Shown here: positions 47,936 to 58,831 of the stretch, one piece after another
Position numbering within the stretch: position 1 is the stretch's first letter
Layout of the letters: each line of letters opens with the position of its first letter
From: a virus
DNA length: 64,000 nucleotides
Reading direction: 5' to 3' (one strand)
IMG/VR virus record: IMGVR_UViG_3300025785_000009
Coordinates: 1 to 64,000 of that record
Notes under the pieces: generated by a model
The model's database searches: none
What the model saw: only the letters and a program-made list of their open reading frames with translations
Told to the model about the DNA's origin: nothing
Position numbers and translations under genes: made by a program

Positions 47936-50900
47936 TTAAACTGCGATATAATCTTTCTTGATTCTCACTTGGTTACCAGCTGAAGCACCTGTGAACTGCA
48001 ACAATGCGTTTGAACCGCTTTGTGTTGCACTCAATGTACCCAAGCTAGAACCTGTTGATACTACACCGTAAGTTGTTACTGTTGCAGTTGTACCATCACT
48101 GATTAACAATGCTTCCATAACTTGGTAGCTTGAACCGTTAGTAATTTGTACAACGTACTTGGCACTACGGAACTTGGTATTGTCAACTGTGTCAATTGTA
48201 GTAGCACTTGCACCAACTGATACGTTACCAATTGCACTAACTTGTGCACCTGTTGTGCTCCAATATGTTGTATTGGTTGGTGTGCTTGTGCCAGTTGAAA
48301 TGTATACGCCGTTGTTGTCGGCTGATATACCCATATAACCATTGGCACTTGCAATGCTTGAAACAGATTGTGTTGTAGTTAGGATACGTACATCAATGAT
48401 ATCGCCAGATGCTGGGATTTCAGTGAATGTCAATGTTGTTCCACTAGTTACAGAGTAAGCCAATGTTGGGATCTGTACCACACCGTTGATGCTAACAATA
48501 ACGCCAGCTGTTGTTGTGCTTTGTGTCAATGTCCAACTTGATGCTGATCCGTCAGCAGTAATCTGTTGATCTGTAATCAATGTAAATGTTGAACCCGAAC
48601 CTTGCCAACCTGAACCTGTATAATATTCAACGCTGTTTGAGTAGTTGTTGAAACGTATCATACCTGCTACGTCTGTACCACCCGAACTACTTGGACGTTG
48701 TGCGTTTGAACCAACTGGTAACAAGATAGCGTCTGTGGAGTTGATGATCAACTTGGCGCCAGTTACTAGGTTACCTGTTGTAGCTGTATTACCAATTACA
48801 ACTTGATCGTATGCACTAGCTGAGTGTGCCCAAATCAATGTACCATCGTTTTTACCTTTGGCAATAAAGTCGCTACCAGCTGTTTGGCTACTGTTAATTG
48901 TAACTGCGTTACCAAACGTTGCATTAGCAGTATGTGTTGAAGTGCCAGTTACAATCAATGCACCGGACACGTTTGCACTAGCCAATGTAGCTGCGCCACT
49001 TGTGCTCAATGTTGTAAATGCACCGGTTGATGCTGTTGTAGCACCAATTGGTGTTGAGTTTACACTACCGCCTGTAACCACTGCGTTGGCTGTTGACAAG
49101 TTTGTTACGTTCAAGTTTGTTACGTTTTCTAGTGTAATACCAGTCAATGTACCGCCAGTAATCTGAGCATTTGCTGTACTGAAGTTTGTGGCAGTTACGT
49201 ATGTACCTGTTACGTTTGTACCAGTTACGTTTGTAGCTGTAGCTGTTGTAAATGTACCAGCTGCCGGCGTTGTTCCGCCAATTACCACGTTGTTGATAGT
49301 ACCACCACTCAATACTGCATTACCAGTACTCAAGTTGGTTGGAGTAACGTAAGTGAATGTACCGTTTGTAGCTGTTACACCAGTTGTGGTCAATAAACCA
49401 GTACCCGGATTGTATGTTAACGAGCTGTTTGTAATAGGTGCCAAGTTACCAGTTGTTGCACTCAAGAACGCTGGGTAATATGTACCGTTTGTGCTGGTTG
49501 TTGTTGTAGTGATGTACAATGCAACGTTAGAACTTGTTGATGCACCGGCCAAGCTACCATAAATTGTACCGTATACGCCACCAAGAGCAACAATGTTACC
49601 ACCAATTACGTTACCTGTTATTGTTGCTGAGCCACTTGCTGTCACGTTAGTTGCACTAACGTTAGCCAATGTTGTAGCACCAGTTACACCTAGTGTGCCA
49701 CTTGCTGTCAAGTTAGTAAATGCACCAGTACCTGGTGTCACGTTACCAATTGCTGTAGCTTGTAAACCGCTTGCTGTAGCTGTAGTTAAAGTGGTTGCAC
49801 CAGTTACACCTAGTGTACCACCTACAGTAGCATTGTTTGTTACTGCGGCACTTAACAATGTAGCAGCACCAGTTGTTACACCAGCCAATGTTGTAGCGCC
49901 AGTTACACCCAATGTACCGCCTACAGTAGCATTGTTTGTTACGCTTGCGCTGTTTAAAGTAGCTGCGCCACTTGATGTCAATGTTGTGAAAGCACCGGTT
50001 GATGCTGTTGTAGCACCAATTGGTGTTGAGTTAATACTTGTTGCTGTTACTGCACCAGCTGTTAAACCAGCCAATGTTGTAGCACCGGTAACTGCCAATG
50101 TACCACCAACTGTTTCGTTACCAGTGATGCTTGCGCTAGCCAATGTGGCTGCGCCACTTGAGCTTAATGTTGTGAATGCCGCAGTACTTGGAGTTGCATT
50201 GCCAATTGGTGTGCTGTTGATACTTGCAACACTCAATGAGCCTGTAGTTAATGTACCAGAAACTGTTGCACTAGTAAAGTTGCTGCTTGTGGCTGTAATG
50301 TTGTTAACACCACTGATGTTACCGTTTGAACCAGATGTTGTAAAGTTGGCTGCTACTAAATTGCCAGTAACAGTTGCGTTGCCACCAACAGTTGCGTTGC
50401 CAGTGATGCTTGCGCTAGCCAATGTGGCTGCACCGCTTGTACTTAGTGTTGTGAATGCCGCAGTACCTGGAGTTACGTTGCCAATTGCAGTTGCTTGCAA
50501 GCCACCACTTACAGTCAAGTTACCTGTGTCTGTTTCGTTGGTTACACTCAATGTGCCTAGTGTTGTAGCACCAGTTACGCCCAATGTACCACCAACTGTT
50601 GCGTTGTTTGTTACGCCCAAACTGTTTAGTGTGCTTGCGCCACTTGAACTTAATGTTGTAAATGCACCAGTACTTGGAGTTGCGTTACCAATTGGTGTAC
50701 TGTTAATAGCTGGCATTACAACACCAGTTGCAGGAGCTGCTGTAACTGCTACACCACCAATTTGGATTGTGCTACCACTAATCCATAATGTTTTCCACTG
50801 GTTAGTTGAGCTACCTAAATTGTATGTTACGTTTGCACTTGGGATTAGGTCGCCGCTGAATGTTGATCCAGCACCAACAATCAAGTTACCGCCAACGTTG

Positions 50901-53900
50901 GCGCTGGTAGTTGTAACCAAGCTGTTTAATGTAGCTGCACCACTTGAGCTTAATGTTGTGAAAGCACCAGTGCCTGGTGTTACGTTACCAATTGCAGTTG
51001 CTTGTATGCCGTATGCTGTTACTGTGCTTAGTGCTGCAGCGCCTGTTGCGTTCAATGTGGTAAATGCACCAGTACTTGGTGTGTATGAACCAATTGGAGT
51101 AGCTTGGATACTACCAGCATAAATGTTACCAACAATGCCCGCACCGCCTGCCACTTGTAAGGCACCCGATGTTGTGCTTGTTGATGTGTTGGTTGAGTTT
51201 GCTGTTAATGTACCAGCAACAACCTCTGTACCAGTAATTTGTACTTGTGTTGTGTTTAGGTATGTCAATGTACCAGCAACACTCAAGTTGCCACCAATAA
51301 ACACAGCACCGCTAATACCAACACCACCAGCAACTACCAATGCGCCAGTTGTTGTACTTGTACTTGCTGTACCACTTGCGGCAACAATGTTACCGTTGCT
51401 GATGTGTACACCAGAGTTGATCAATGTTGTAAACGAACCTGTTGAAGGTGTTGCGTTACCAACCGGTGTGTTATTCAAACTAGTTGCTGTTACTGCGCCA
51501 GCTGTTAAACCAGCCAAAGTAGTTGCACCAGTTACTGCCAAAGTACCGCCAACAGTTTCGTTACCTGTTATGCTTGCACTGGCCAATGTGGCTGCGCCAC
51601 TTGAACTTAATGTTGTAAATGCGCCAGTACTTGGAGTTGCGTTACCAATTGGTGTATTGTTTAACGATGCAATACTGATCGAAGCGGCTGTCAATGTGCC
51701 GTTTACTGTTGCATTGTTTGTTACAGTTACGCTGTTTAGAGTAGCTGCACCACTTGTGCTTAGTGTTGTAAAGGCTGCTGTGCCAGGTGTTACGTTACCA
51801 ATTGCTGTAGCTTGTAAACCACCGCTTACAGTCAAATTACCTGTGTCAGTTTCGTTGGCAACACTCAATGAACCTAGCGTTGTGGCGCCAGTTACACCCA
51901 ATGTACCACCAACGCTTGCATTGTTGGTAATACTTGCGCTGTTTAGAGTAGCTGCACCACTTGTGCTTACAGTTGTAAATGCACCAGTTGATGCTGTTGT
52001 AGCACCAATTGGTGTGTTGTTCAAGCTAGTAGCTGTTACTGCGCCAGCTGTTAAACCAGCCAAAGTAGTTGCGCCAGTAACGCCTAGTGTACCACCCACA
52101 GTAGCGTTGTTTGTTACGCTTGCGCTCAATAATGTAGCGGCACCAGTTGTCACACCAGCCAAAGTAGTTGCGCCAGTAACGCCTAGTGTACCACCAACAG
52201 TCAAGTTACCTGTGTCTGTTTCGTTAGCAACACTCAATTGACCAACAGTTGTGTTGCCAGTTACACTCAATGTGCCACTTGCTGTAATGTTGGTTGCGCT
52301 TACTGCAGCCAATGTACTTGCTCCAGTTGCGCTTAGTGTTGTAAATGCACCGGTTGAAGCTGTTGTAGCACCAATTGGTGTTGAATTCAAGCTGGTTGCT
52401 GTTACAGCACCTAGTGTTGTAGCACCACTTGAATTTAACGTTGTGAAAGCACCAGTACTTGGAGTTGCATTACCAACTGGAGTATTGTTGATGCTTGAGA
52501 ACGAAGCTGAAGCAGCACTCAATGTACCAGTTACAGTTAATGTACCGCCAACTGTTGCGTTGTTTGTTATGCTTGCGCTGTTTAAAGTAGCGGCACCACT
52601 TGTGCTCAATGTGTTTAGTGTTGTAGCACCAGTTACACCTAGTGTACCACTTGCTGTGATGTTGGTTGCACCAATGTTGGCCGCAGTTGTTGCGCCAGTT
52701 ACAGTTAATGTGCCGCCAACAGTTGCGTTAACAGTTACAGCCAAGCTGTTTAGTGTGCTTGCACCACTTGATGTTAATGTTGTGAAAGCACCAGTACCTG
52801 GTGTCACATTACCAATTGCAGTGGCTTGTAAACTACTTGCTGTAGCTGTAGTTAAAGTGGTTGCACCAGTTACACCTAGTGTACCGCTTGCTGTTACGTT
52901 GGTTGCACTTACAGCCGCCAATGTACTTGTGCCACTTGCTGCCAATGTTGTTACACTGGTTGCACCAGCTGTTAAACCAGCCAAAGTAGTTGCGCCAGTT
53001 ACGCCCAGTGTGCCACCTACAGTAGCATTGTTTGTTACTGCGGCGCTGTTTAGCGTAGCTGCACCACTTGAGCTTAATGTTGTGAAAGCACCAGTGCCTG
53101 GTGTTACGTTACCAATTGCAGTGGCTTGGATTGCGCCAGCTGTAGCTGTTGACAATGTAGTTGCGCCAGTTACAGCCAATGTGCTTGATAATGTAGCAGC
53201 ACCAGTTACACCTAGTGTACCACTTGCTGACAATGTTGTGAATTTACCAGTTGAAGCTGTTGTAGCACCAATTGGTGTTGAATCTAAGCTGCCGCCTGTA
53301 ACCACTGCGTTGGCAGTTGAGAAGTTTGTAGCAGTTAATGTTGTAACACCTTCAATGGAAATGTTGGTTAAACTACCACCAGTGATAACTGCGTTGGCAG
53401 TAGAAATACTGGTTGCAGATAATGTTGTAAATGCACCAGTTGAAGCTGTTGTAGCACCAATTGGTGTTGAATTCAAGCTACCGCCTGTAATTACAGCATT
53501 AGCTGTAGAAAAACCAGTTGAAGCAGCTAATGTTGTAAAGGAACCTGTGCTACCTGAAATTGGAGTTGCAGTAATACCACCAGCCGATAAATTGTTGGTA
53601 ATACTTGCACTGACCATTGTGGCATTACCGACTTTGACGTTGGCAAAACCTGAGTTAGTAACGCTGGTAACTTTGCTGCTACCACCGCCTGTGCTGGTTG
53701 TTGTTGCTACTGCAATAAACGCACCAGCGTTTTCGTCCCAAACGAATGCAGTATTAACCGCACCGTAACCAGCCAAGGATGACAAGTTACGATTGATAAA
53801 CATACCAATGTCATAACCGGCCAAGCTGCCAGTGTATCCGTTGTTGAAAACAACAGTAGGGTCATTGATAAATGTATTAACTGAGTTAATTGTACTTGAG

Positions 53901-54064
53901 TTGCCGCTAACACTCAAATTACCAGTGATAGTAACATCAGAAGAAAGTGTTAATGAGGGGCTAAACAATGCACCTGTCAGTGTGCCAGATGCAATTTTCT
54001 GTGCTGTGATGGTAGAATCAGTGATCTGATTATTTTTAATTCTTGTAATATTACCGGCGCTCAT
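47936..54064 (-). CDS. Giant repetitive fibre protein (2042 aa)
   Basis: Many TPIGxxTxSTGAFTTL and NATVGGTLGVTGATTL repeats; shared C-terminal modules. Confidence 0.85.
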   Translation of the reverse strand: MSAGNITRIKNNQITDSTITAQKIASGTLTGALFSPSLTLSSDVTITGNLSVSGNSSTINSVNTFINDPTVVFNNGYTGSLAGYDIGMFINRNLSSLAGYGAVNTAFVWDENAGAFIAVATTTSTGGGSSKVTSVTNSGFANVKVGNATMVSASITNNLSAGGITATPISGSTGSFTTLAASTGFSTANAVITGGSLNSTPIGATTASTGAFTTLSATSISTANAVITGGSLTNISIEGVTTLTATNFSTANAVVTGGSLDSTPIGATTASTGKFTTLSASGTLGVTGAATLSSTLAVTGATTLSTATAGAIQATAIGNVTPGTGAFTTLSSSGAATLNSAAVTNNATVGGTLGVTGATTLAGLTAGATSVTTLAASGTSTLAAVSATNVTASGTLGVTGATTLTTATASSLQATAIGNVTPGTGAFTTLTSSGASTLNSLAVTVNATVGGTLTVTGATTAANIGATNITASGTLGVTGATTLNTLSTSGAATLNSASITNNATVGGTLTVTGTLSAASASFSSINNTPVGNATPSTGAFTTLNSSGATTLGAVTATSLNSTPIGATTASTGAFTTLSATGASTLAAVSATNITASGTLSVTGNTTVGQLSVANETDTGNLTVGGTLGVTGATTLAGVTTGAATLLSASVTNNATVGGTLGVTGATTLAGLTAGAVTATSLNNTPIGATTASTGAFTTVSTSGAATLNSASITNNASVGGTLGVTGATTLGSLSVANETDTGNLTVSGGLQATAIGNVTPGTAAFTTLSTSGAATLNSVTVTNNATVNGTLTAASISIASLNNTPIGNATPSTGAFTTLSSSGAATLASASITGNETVGGTLAVTGATTLAGLTAGAVTATSLNNTPVGNATPSTGSFTTLINSGVHISNGNIVAASGTASTSTTTGALVVAGGVGISGAVFIGGNLSVAGTLTYLNTTQVQITGTEVVAGTLTANSTNTSTSTTSGALQVAGGAGIVGNIYAGSIQATPIGSYTPSTGAFTTLNATGAAALSTVTAYGIQATAIGNVTPGTGAFTTLSSSGAATLNSLVTTTSANVGGNLIVGAGSTFSGDLIPSANVTYNLGSSTNQWKTLWISGSTIQIGGVAVTAAPATGVVMPAINSTPIGNATPSTGAFTTLSSSGASTLNSLGVTNNATVGGTLGVTGATTLGTLSVTNETDTGNLTVSGGLQATAIGNVTPGTAAFTTLSTSGAATLASASITGNATVGGNATVTGNLVAANFTTSGSNGNISGVNNITATSSNFTSATVSGTLTTGSLSVASINSTPIGNATPSTAAFTTLSSSGAATLASASITGNETVGGTLAVTGATTLAGLTAGAVTATSINSTPIGATTASTGAFTTLTSSGAATLNSASVTNNATVGGTLGVTGATTLAGVTTGAATLLSAAVTNNATVGGTLGVTGATTLTTATASGLQATAIGNVTPGTGAFTNLTASGTLGVTGATTLANVSATNVTASGSATITGNVIGGNIVALGGVYGTIYGSLAGASTSSNVALYITTTTTSTNGTYYPAFLSATTGNLAPITNSSLTYNPGTGLLTTTGVTATNGTFTYVTPTNLSTGNAVLSGGTINNVVIGGTTPAAGTFTTATATNVTGTNVTGTYVTATNFSTANAQITGGTLTGITLENVTNLNVTNLSTANAVVTGGSVNSTPIGATTASTGAFTTLSTSGAATLASANVSGALIVTGTSTHTANATFGNAVTINSSQTAGSDFIAKGKNDGTLIWAHSASAYDQVVIGNTATTGNLVTGAKLIINSTDAILLPVGSNAQRPSSSGGTDVAGMIRFNNYSNSVEYYTGSGWQGSGSTFTLITDQQITADGSASSWTLTQSTTTAGVIVSINGVVQIPTLAYSVTSGTTLTFTEIPASGDIIDVRILTTTQSVSSIASANGYMGISADNNGVYISTGTSTPTNTTYWSTTGAQVSAIGNVSVGASATTIDTVDNTKFRSAKYVVQITNGSSYQVMEALLISDGTTATVTTYGVVSTGSSLGTLSATQSGSNALLQFTGASAGNQVRIKKDYIAV

Positions 54065-54261
54065 AGTTAAATCCTTTATAATTTATAGGTTATAATGTTA
54101 TTTATCGCGGCCGTAGGAATTCCGGGCTACACCCTTTTAAAAATGGGTTTTTGGATTTTAGGCTAGCCGGGGAATATAAGAGAAGGTGGTAGAGAAACGA
54201 ACTGCTGTATTACTTTAGTATTTACCTGGTTGTAAAAAAATATTCTAGATACGCTTGGTTT

Positions 54262-56850
54262 TTAAACAATTGGACCGTAGGTGATATTGCCGGCAATCAT
54301 TACATTGCCTGTGCTGTCAATGGCAAATACCTTAACACCATTGCAACTGACCACAACTTGATTGTTGTTTTCTGTGATGCTGAAGGCTCCAGTTGACACA
54401 GTATGAGCAGATGTTGTTCCAACCACTGTTAGGTTGCCAGCAATGTTCAAGTTATCTGCAAGACTGGTATTGATGTTTACCGTTGCGCCCAAGAAACGAA
54501 CGTCAACAATATCAGTCACTTGCGGAACTTCTGTAAAGGTAATTTGATTTTCGTTTACATTATATGCAATACCAGGCTGTTGCACAGTACCGTTGATACT
54601 GACAATACAACCGGCTGATGTGGTCACTTGATTTAGGCCAAATTGTTGACTGACGCCGTCAGGAGTTATAATTTGACTTCTAACTGAGTTGGTAACTGCT
54701 ACCCAGGCCGCGCCATCGTAGTATTCAATTGACGGTATATCTGTGTTGTAACGCAAATACCCGCCCTTGGTTAAGGAAGGACGCTGTACGCTGTTGCCGT
54801 TTGGCAGGCCCAATGCACCAACCGAATCAAACTCTGTTACTGTTGTGTAAAGAGAATTGATGCGGTCTGTGTAAATGTTTCCAAAGAATGTAGTAGCATT
54901 GACATTGGCCGCTGTGGTAATGTTACCACCGGCGGTGATTGTAGTATTAACAGTTAGGTTACCAAGATTGCCCACCGTGGTAATGTTGGGCTGACTTGGT
55001 GTCAATAATGTACCTGTTGCGTTGCCAACAATGTTGCCATAATAGGTTTGAGCTGTTACAGTGGTGGCTGTTATGCTGGTGTTGACTGTCAAATTGCCAA
55101 GATTACCCACCGTAGTAATATTGGGCTGACTTGGTGTCAATAACGTGCCGGCAAAATTTCCGTATAATGTTGAGTTGGCCGCAATGTTGTTGGCCGTAAT
55201 ATTGCCAATTACAGCAAGATTGGTCAGTGTACCCAAGCTGGTAATGTAAGGTTGAGCAGGAGTGTTGATGTTGCCGTAAATGTTGCCCGAGAATGTGCCA
55301 TCTCCAGTTGATATGCTGTTTGAAAATACGCCGTAAGTGCCACTCACGTTACCAGTAACGTTACCGGTTAAACGTCCTATCACGTTGCCGCGCACAGTAT
55401 TGCTGGCAATGTTGCCGGTTATCAAGTTACCAGTAGTTACGTTACCGGTATAGCTGGCCACGGTACCGTATGTGTTGCCGTAGAATGTACTGAAAGTGGC
55501 GGCCGCTGTCAGGTTACCTTGATCCAGTTCAACTGTGTTAACCAACAAGGTTGCCAAAGTAGTTGTTCCGCCAATGGTAAGATTGTTACCAATTGACAAA
55601 TTACCAGCAATGCTGGCTGAGTTGGCTGTTAGTGGTCCGTTAATATAGGCTGCGCCGGCAGTAACTGAGCTGGCCTGTACCCCACCGGTCACTGCCAAAT
55701 TAGACAATGTACCAACCGCGGTAATATAAGGTTGCGATGCTGTGCCGATGTTACCGTACACGTTGCCACTGAATGTGCCATTGGTGGTATAAACATTTCC
55801 AGCTGTTACATTGCTGGAGAATGTACCATTGGTGCCAGTTATGTTACCAATCACATTGCCAGTCAGTGTGCCGGTACTGTTACCAGTTAGGTTGCCGTAA
55901 TAGTTTTGAGCTGTTACTGTGGTAGATGTTATGGAATTATTAACTGTAAGATTGCCCAGATTGCCCAGGCCAGTGATATACGGTTGATTGGCAGTTAAAA
56001 CAGATCCAACAAGATTGCCATAAAAATTATTGGCAACTACTCCGCTGGCATTCACGTTACCAGACGTGTGAATAGCCGATCCAGTACTGTTGGTAATGTT
56101 GCCTAGCAATTGATTCAACAACGCTATGCTGTTGGTTATACTGGTAGTGGAAGTTAGCGTAATGGCCGAAGAAAAACTGCCTGTGGTGTTTGCACCCAAC
56201 ACCAAGCCGGTACCACTGAATCCACCAGTGTTGACCACATTTGAAATGTCTGACCAAAAGGTGTTGCCGGCTCCGTCAGTGGACAATACATAATTTTGTG
56301 CTCCACCTGTTAGAAACAAATTGCCAGTGGTAATAACATTGCCGCTGATGTTGGTGATGTTGCCCAGTATGCTGTCCAAGATGCTGATGGCTTGGCTGGT
56401 ACTTTGACCTGTGGTCAATGCATTGGTGCTGTAAGTGACAGAGTTTTGACCAATGTTGGCGGTAACCGGCACAGGTCGATATGGAATATTGTTTGTTGTT
56501 ACATTGTTAAGTGACAGTAGAGTCTGTAAACTGGTAAATGCCAAGTTACCAGCACCATCTGTGTATAACAAATTGTTGGCGCTGCCGCCGGCAATATGAA
56601 TTTGACTGACGTTGCCCAACAACACTTGACTGGAAGGGTTGATGTGAGCGATTGAGTCGCCGTTGATGATAACGTTGCCTAACTGTGTTGCACCAGCAAC
56701 TTGAAAATCTTTGGTTGGGTTTACTGTGTTAACACCAATTCTTCGATTGGTAACATCAAGGTATATTAGGTTTCCGTCGAACGCAAGATTGCTACCTTGG
56801 CGAGCCAAGTTGTTTTGTAGCATTACCCCCGATACTTTACCAATTGCCAT
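54262..56850 (-). CDS. Virion fibre/structural protein
   Basis: QPNITTVGNL repeats; LPNG..QRP..G.LRYN module. Confidence 0.8.
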   Translation of the reverse strand: MAIGKVSGVMLQNNLARQGSNLAFDGNLIYLDVTNRRIGVNTVNPTKDFQVAGATQLGNVIINGDSIAHINPSSQVLLGNVSQIHIAGGSANNLLYTDGAGNLAFTSLQTLLSLNNVTTNNIPYRPVPVTANIGQNSVTYSTNALTTGQSTSQAISILDSILGNITNISGNVITTGNLFLTGGAQNYVLSTDGAGNTFWSDISNVVNTGGFSGTGLVLGANTTGSFSSAITLTSTTSITNSIALLNQLLGNITNSTGSAIHTSGNVNASGVVANNFYGNLVGSVLTANQPYITGLGNLGNLTVNNSITSTTVTAQNYYGNLTGNSTGTLTGNVIGNITGTNGTFSSNVTAGNVYTTNGTFSGNVYGNIGTASQPYITAVGTLSNLAVTGGVQASSVTAGAAYINGPLTANSASIAGNLSIGNNLTIGGTTTLATLLVNTVELDQGNLTAAATFSTFYGNTYGTVASYTGNVTTGNLITGNIASNTVRGNVIGRLTGNVTGNVSGTYGVFSNSISTGDGTFSGNIYGNINTPAQPYITSLGTLTNLAVIGNITANNIAANSTLYGNFAGTLLTPSQPNITTVGNLGNLTVNTSITATTVTAQTYYGNIVGNATGTLLTPSQPNITTVGNLGNLTVNTTITAGGNITTAANVNATTFFGNIYTDRINSLYTTVTEFDSVGALGLPNGNSVQRPSLTKGGYLRYNTDIPSIEYYDGAAWVAVTNSVRSQIITPDGVSQQFGLNQVTTSAGCIVSINGTVQQPGIAYNVNENQITFTEVPQVTDIVDVRFLGATVNINTSLADNLNIAGNLTVVGTTSAHTVSTGAFSITENNNQVVVSCNGVKVFAIDSTGNVMIAGNITYGPIV

Positions 56851-56853
56851 TGG

Positions 56854-57294
56854 TTAATCCCCGATCGTTTTGGTGCTATTAAGGTTGTGTATTACAATAA
56901 TAGGTTGATTGGCATCTCCAGATGTGCTGGGTTGGAGATACAATTGATTTGATGCTACGTTGGCAGAAAAAGTGTAGTTCACATTGGGGATCTGTTGGAC
57001 TCCGCCAACAAATACCAATACGCTGCTTTCTTGTCCAGCTATATAACTCTGTGACATTGGATATTGATTTACGCCATCGGCTGTGACCAGTTGATCAACT
57101 ACCACTTGTACTGTGCCAATTTTGGCCACTTGATTCCATTGATTGTTGTAGTAAAATTCAATTTTATTGGTTGTTTGATTGAATCTGATTTGGCCGTTGA
57201 CCGGACTGTCGGGACCAATACTGTTGGTACCCATCGGTAGTTGAATAGAATGACTCCCGCCTTTCAGCTGAGTATTTTTAAGATATCGTCCCAT
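56854..57294 (-). CDS. Virion structural protein
   Basis: LPMG...GQIRFNQTTNKIEFY module shared with neighbours. Confidence 0.75.
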   Translation of the reverse strand: MGRYLKNTQLKGGSHSIQLPMGTNSIGPDSPVNGQIRFNQTTNKIEFYYNNQWNQVAKIGTVQVVVDQLVTADGVNQYPMSQSYIAGQESSVLVFVGGVQQIPNVNYTFSANVASNQLYLQPSTSGDANQPIIVIHNLNSTKTIGD

Positions 57295-57297
57295 CTA

Positions 57298-57627
57298 TTA
57301 GGCTCCAACAGAGCTAACTGTCATTATAACTGCACCAGAAGTTCCTGTGCTTATGTTTGCAAAAATACTATCACCATTTTCTAACACAATGCGTTCGCCA
57401 TCAATCACATAAGTTTCGTATGGTGTAAGTTGAATGTTGGTATAAACCAAACTACCAAGCGGGTCAGCCACGTTGGCCTGTGCAGGTACCAAGTAAACAT
57501 TTGCCGCAACAGTGACATTGCTATTGTTGCAAAGATACATTGTTGTGACCACTCGAGTCTGACTTGCAGGAGCATAGGCAACATTTGCAAATGGTCCATT
57601 TGGTAATTTTGTATTTGTGATAGCCAT
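57298..57627 (-). CDS. Hypothetical virion protein
   Basis: 109-aa beta-rich ORF in the fibre cluster. Confidence 0.7.
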   Translation of the reverse strand: MAITNTKLPNGPFANVAYAPASQTRVVTTMYLCNNSNVTVAANVYLVPAQANVADPLGSLVYTNIQLTPYETYVIDGERIVLENGDSIFANISTGTSGAVIMTVSSVGA

Positions 57628-57637
57628 TTATAAATCC

Positions 57638-58258
57638 TTAGAAGAAAATCAACGAATAAAGAAGTGCTTGATTTTTAGTTGACAGCTGAGCACCTTGTTT
57701 TGTTGTGTTTGTGACAAATACACCCGAGTCTCTAGGACTGCTAGCAGGTGGTGTAGTTGTGTAAATTGTGTTGTAACCAGCTGTAGCGCCAGGAGCCACA
57801 TTGGAATTTTTTATTGACACGTTTGAATCTATTGTCAACTGTGATTGTGTGCTGGTATATAGTGTGTATTGTTTTAAATCTAGATTGCCGGTGATTTGTA
57901 ATCCACCACTGCTGCTGGTAATGGCAACGGCACTCAATGAAGATGATGGGTTGCCTGGTGTATTGATCAACCAAGATTTAGTTGTTTCGTCCCATATCAG
58001 TTGTGCTAGAGCGCCGGTTCCGCGATTTACTATTATGCCAGATTGAATTGGCAACGGTGGCGCAGTGGGACTCAGATTGGCATTTAGTTCTATTTGGTTG
58101 TCATAGATAACAGTATTGGTACTTTCAATGGTCGTTGTTGTACCATTAACAATCATATTTCCGTTGACTGTTAGTGTGTTTGTGTTAATATTGACGTTGC
58201 TTTGTGTACCAACACTTTGTATGGTATAATCGCCAAGAATTTTTTTAACTGTTGCCAT
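57638..58258 (-). CDS. Virion structural protein
   Basis: LTVNG..TTIESTN...DN.IELN...GIIVNRG module also seen in 45906..47858. Confidence 0.75.
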   Translation of the reverse strand: MATVKKILGDYTIQSVGTQSNVNINTNTLTVNGNMIVNGTTTTIESTNTVIYDNQIELNANLSPTAPPLPIQSGIIVNRGTGALAQLIWDETTKSWLINTPGNPSSSLSAVAITSSSGGLQITGNLDLKQYTLYTSTQSQLTIDSNVSIKNSNVAPGATAGYNTIYTTTPPASSPRDSGVFVTNTTKQGAQLSTKNQALLYSLIFF

Positions 58259-58312
58259 CCTAGAAACCTTAATTTAGTAGTATTTATGCAATCATAAAAT
58301 ATAACTTTTAAT

Positions 58313-58338
58313 AAAAAAACGGGCCGAAGCCCGTTTTT
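58313..58338 (-). terminator. Intrinsic terminator
   Basis: ACGGGC-TTCG-GCCCGT plus U tract. Confidence 0.85.
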
Positions 58339-58358
58339 GTTGAGTCTAACAAATAAAA

Positions 58359-58829
58359 TTAGTTAGCGTCTAATACTTGAACAAAACCCACTGTGCCGGC
58401 GGCTGCATCAACAGCATATGGATTGTTTGTTGTAGCAGCTTTGGTCCAATAACGATACTTGTTACCAGCAAAGTCATATACCCAACGGTTGGTAATACGG
58501 CTAGCTTGTAACTGTGTAGTGTTGGCTAGAATAATACCAATGCTCATTGTGTTTGCCACTGTTGGTGTTGCCAAATTTACCAGCTTGCAGATAGCAGTAT
58601 CTGTACCATCTGTAGCTAAAAACTTGTGTGCACCTTTTTGACGCAAAATGCTACCGGTTGTTGCAGAACCGTTAATTTTAACTTGCGGTGCAATCTGTGG
58701 TCCAATTTGACTGCGAATACCACCAACAGAACCAACGTGATTACCGCTGATTAAAGTTGGACTGGTGTATGAGTCAACCAGCTGACTGGTAACCGAATGA
58801 GTTTTTGCGATTTTTAGTTTGTTTGCCAT
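58359..58829 (-). CDS. Hypothetical protein (possible capsid decoration)
   Basis: MANKLK start with AAGGAG SD; directly after the major capsid gene. Confidence 0.7.
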   Translation of the reverse strand: MANKLKIAKTHSVTSQLVDSYTSPTLISGNHVGSVGGIRSQIGPQIAPQVKINGSATTGSILRQKGAHKFLATDGTDTAICKLVNLATPTVANTMSIGIILANTTQLQASRITNRWVYDFAGNKYRYWTKAATTNNPYAVDAAAGTVGFVQVLDAN

Positions 58830-58831
58830 TT

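Noticed and set aside
49593-53768. Long plus-strand ORFs of 372-509 aa
   Set aside because: Antisense shadows of the repetitive fibre gene; no independent features.
47936-56850. CRISPR-like array
   Set aside because: The repeats are in-frame, degenerate coding repeats without unique spacers; no cas genes.
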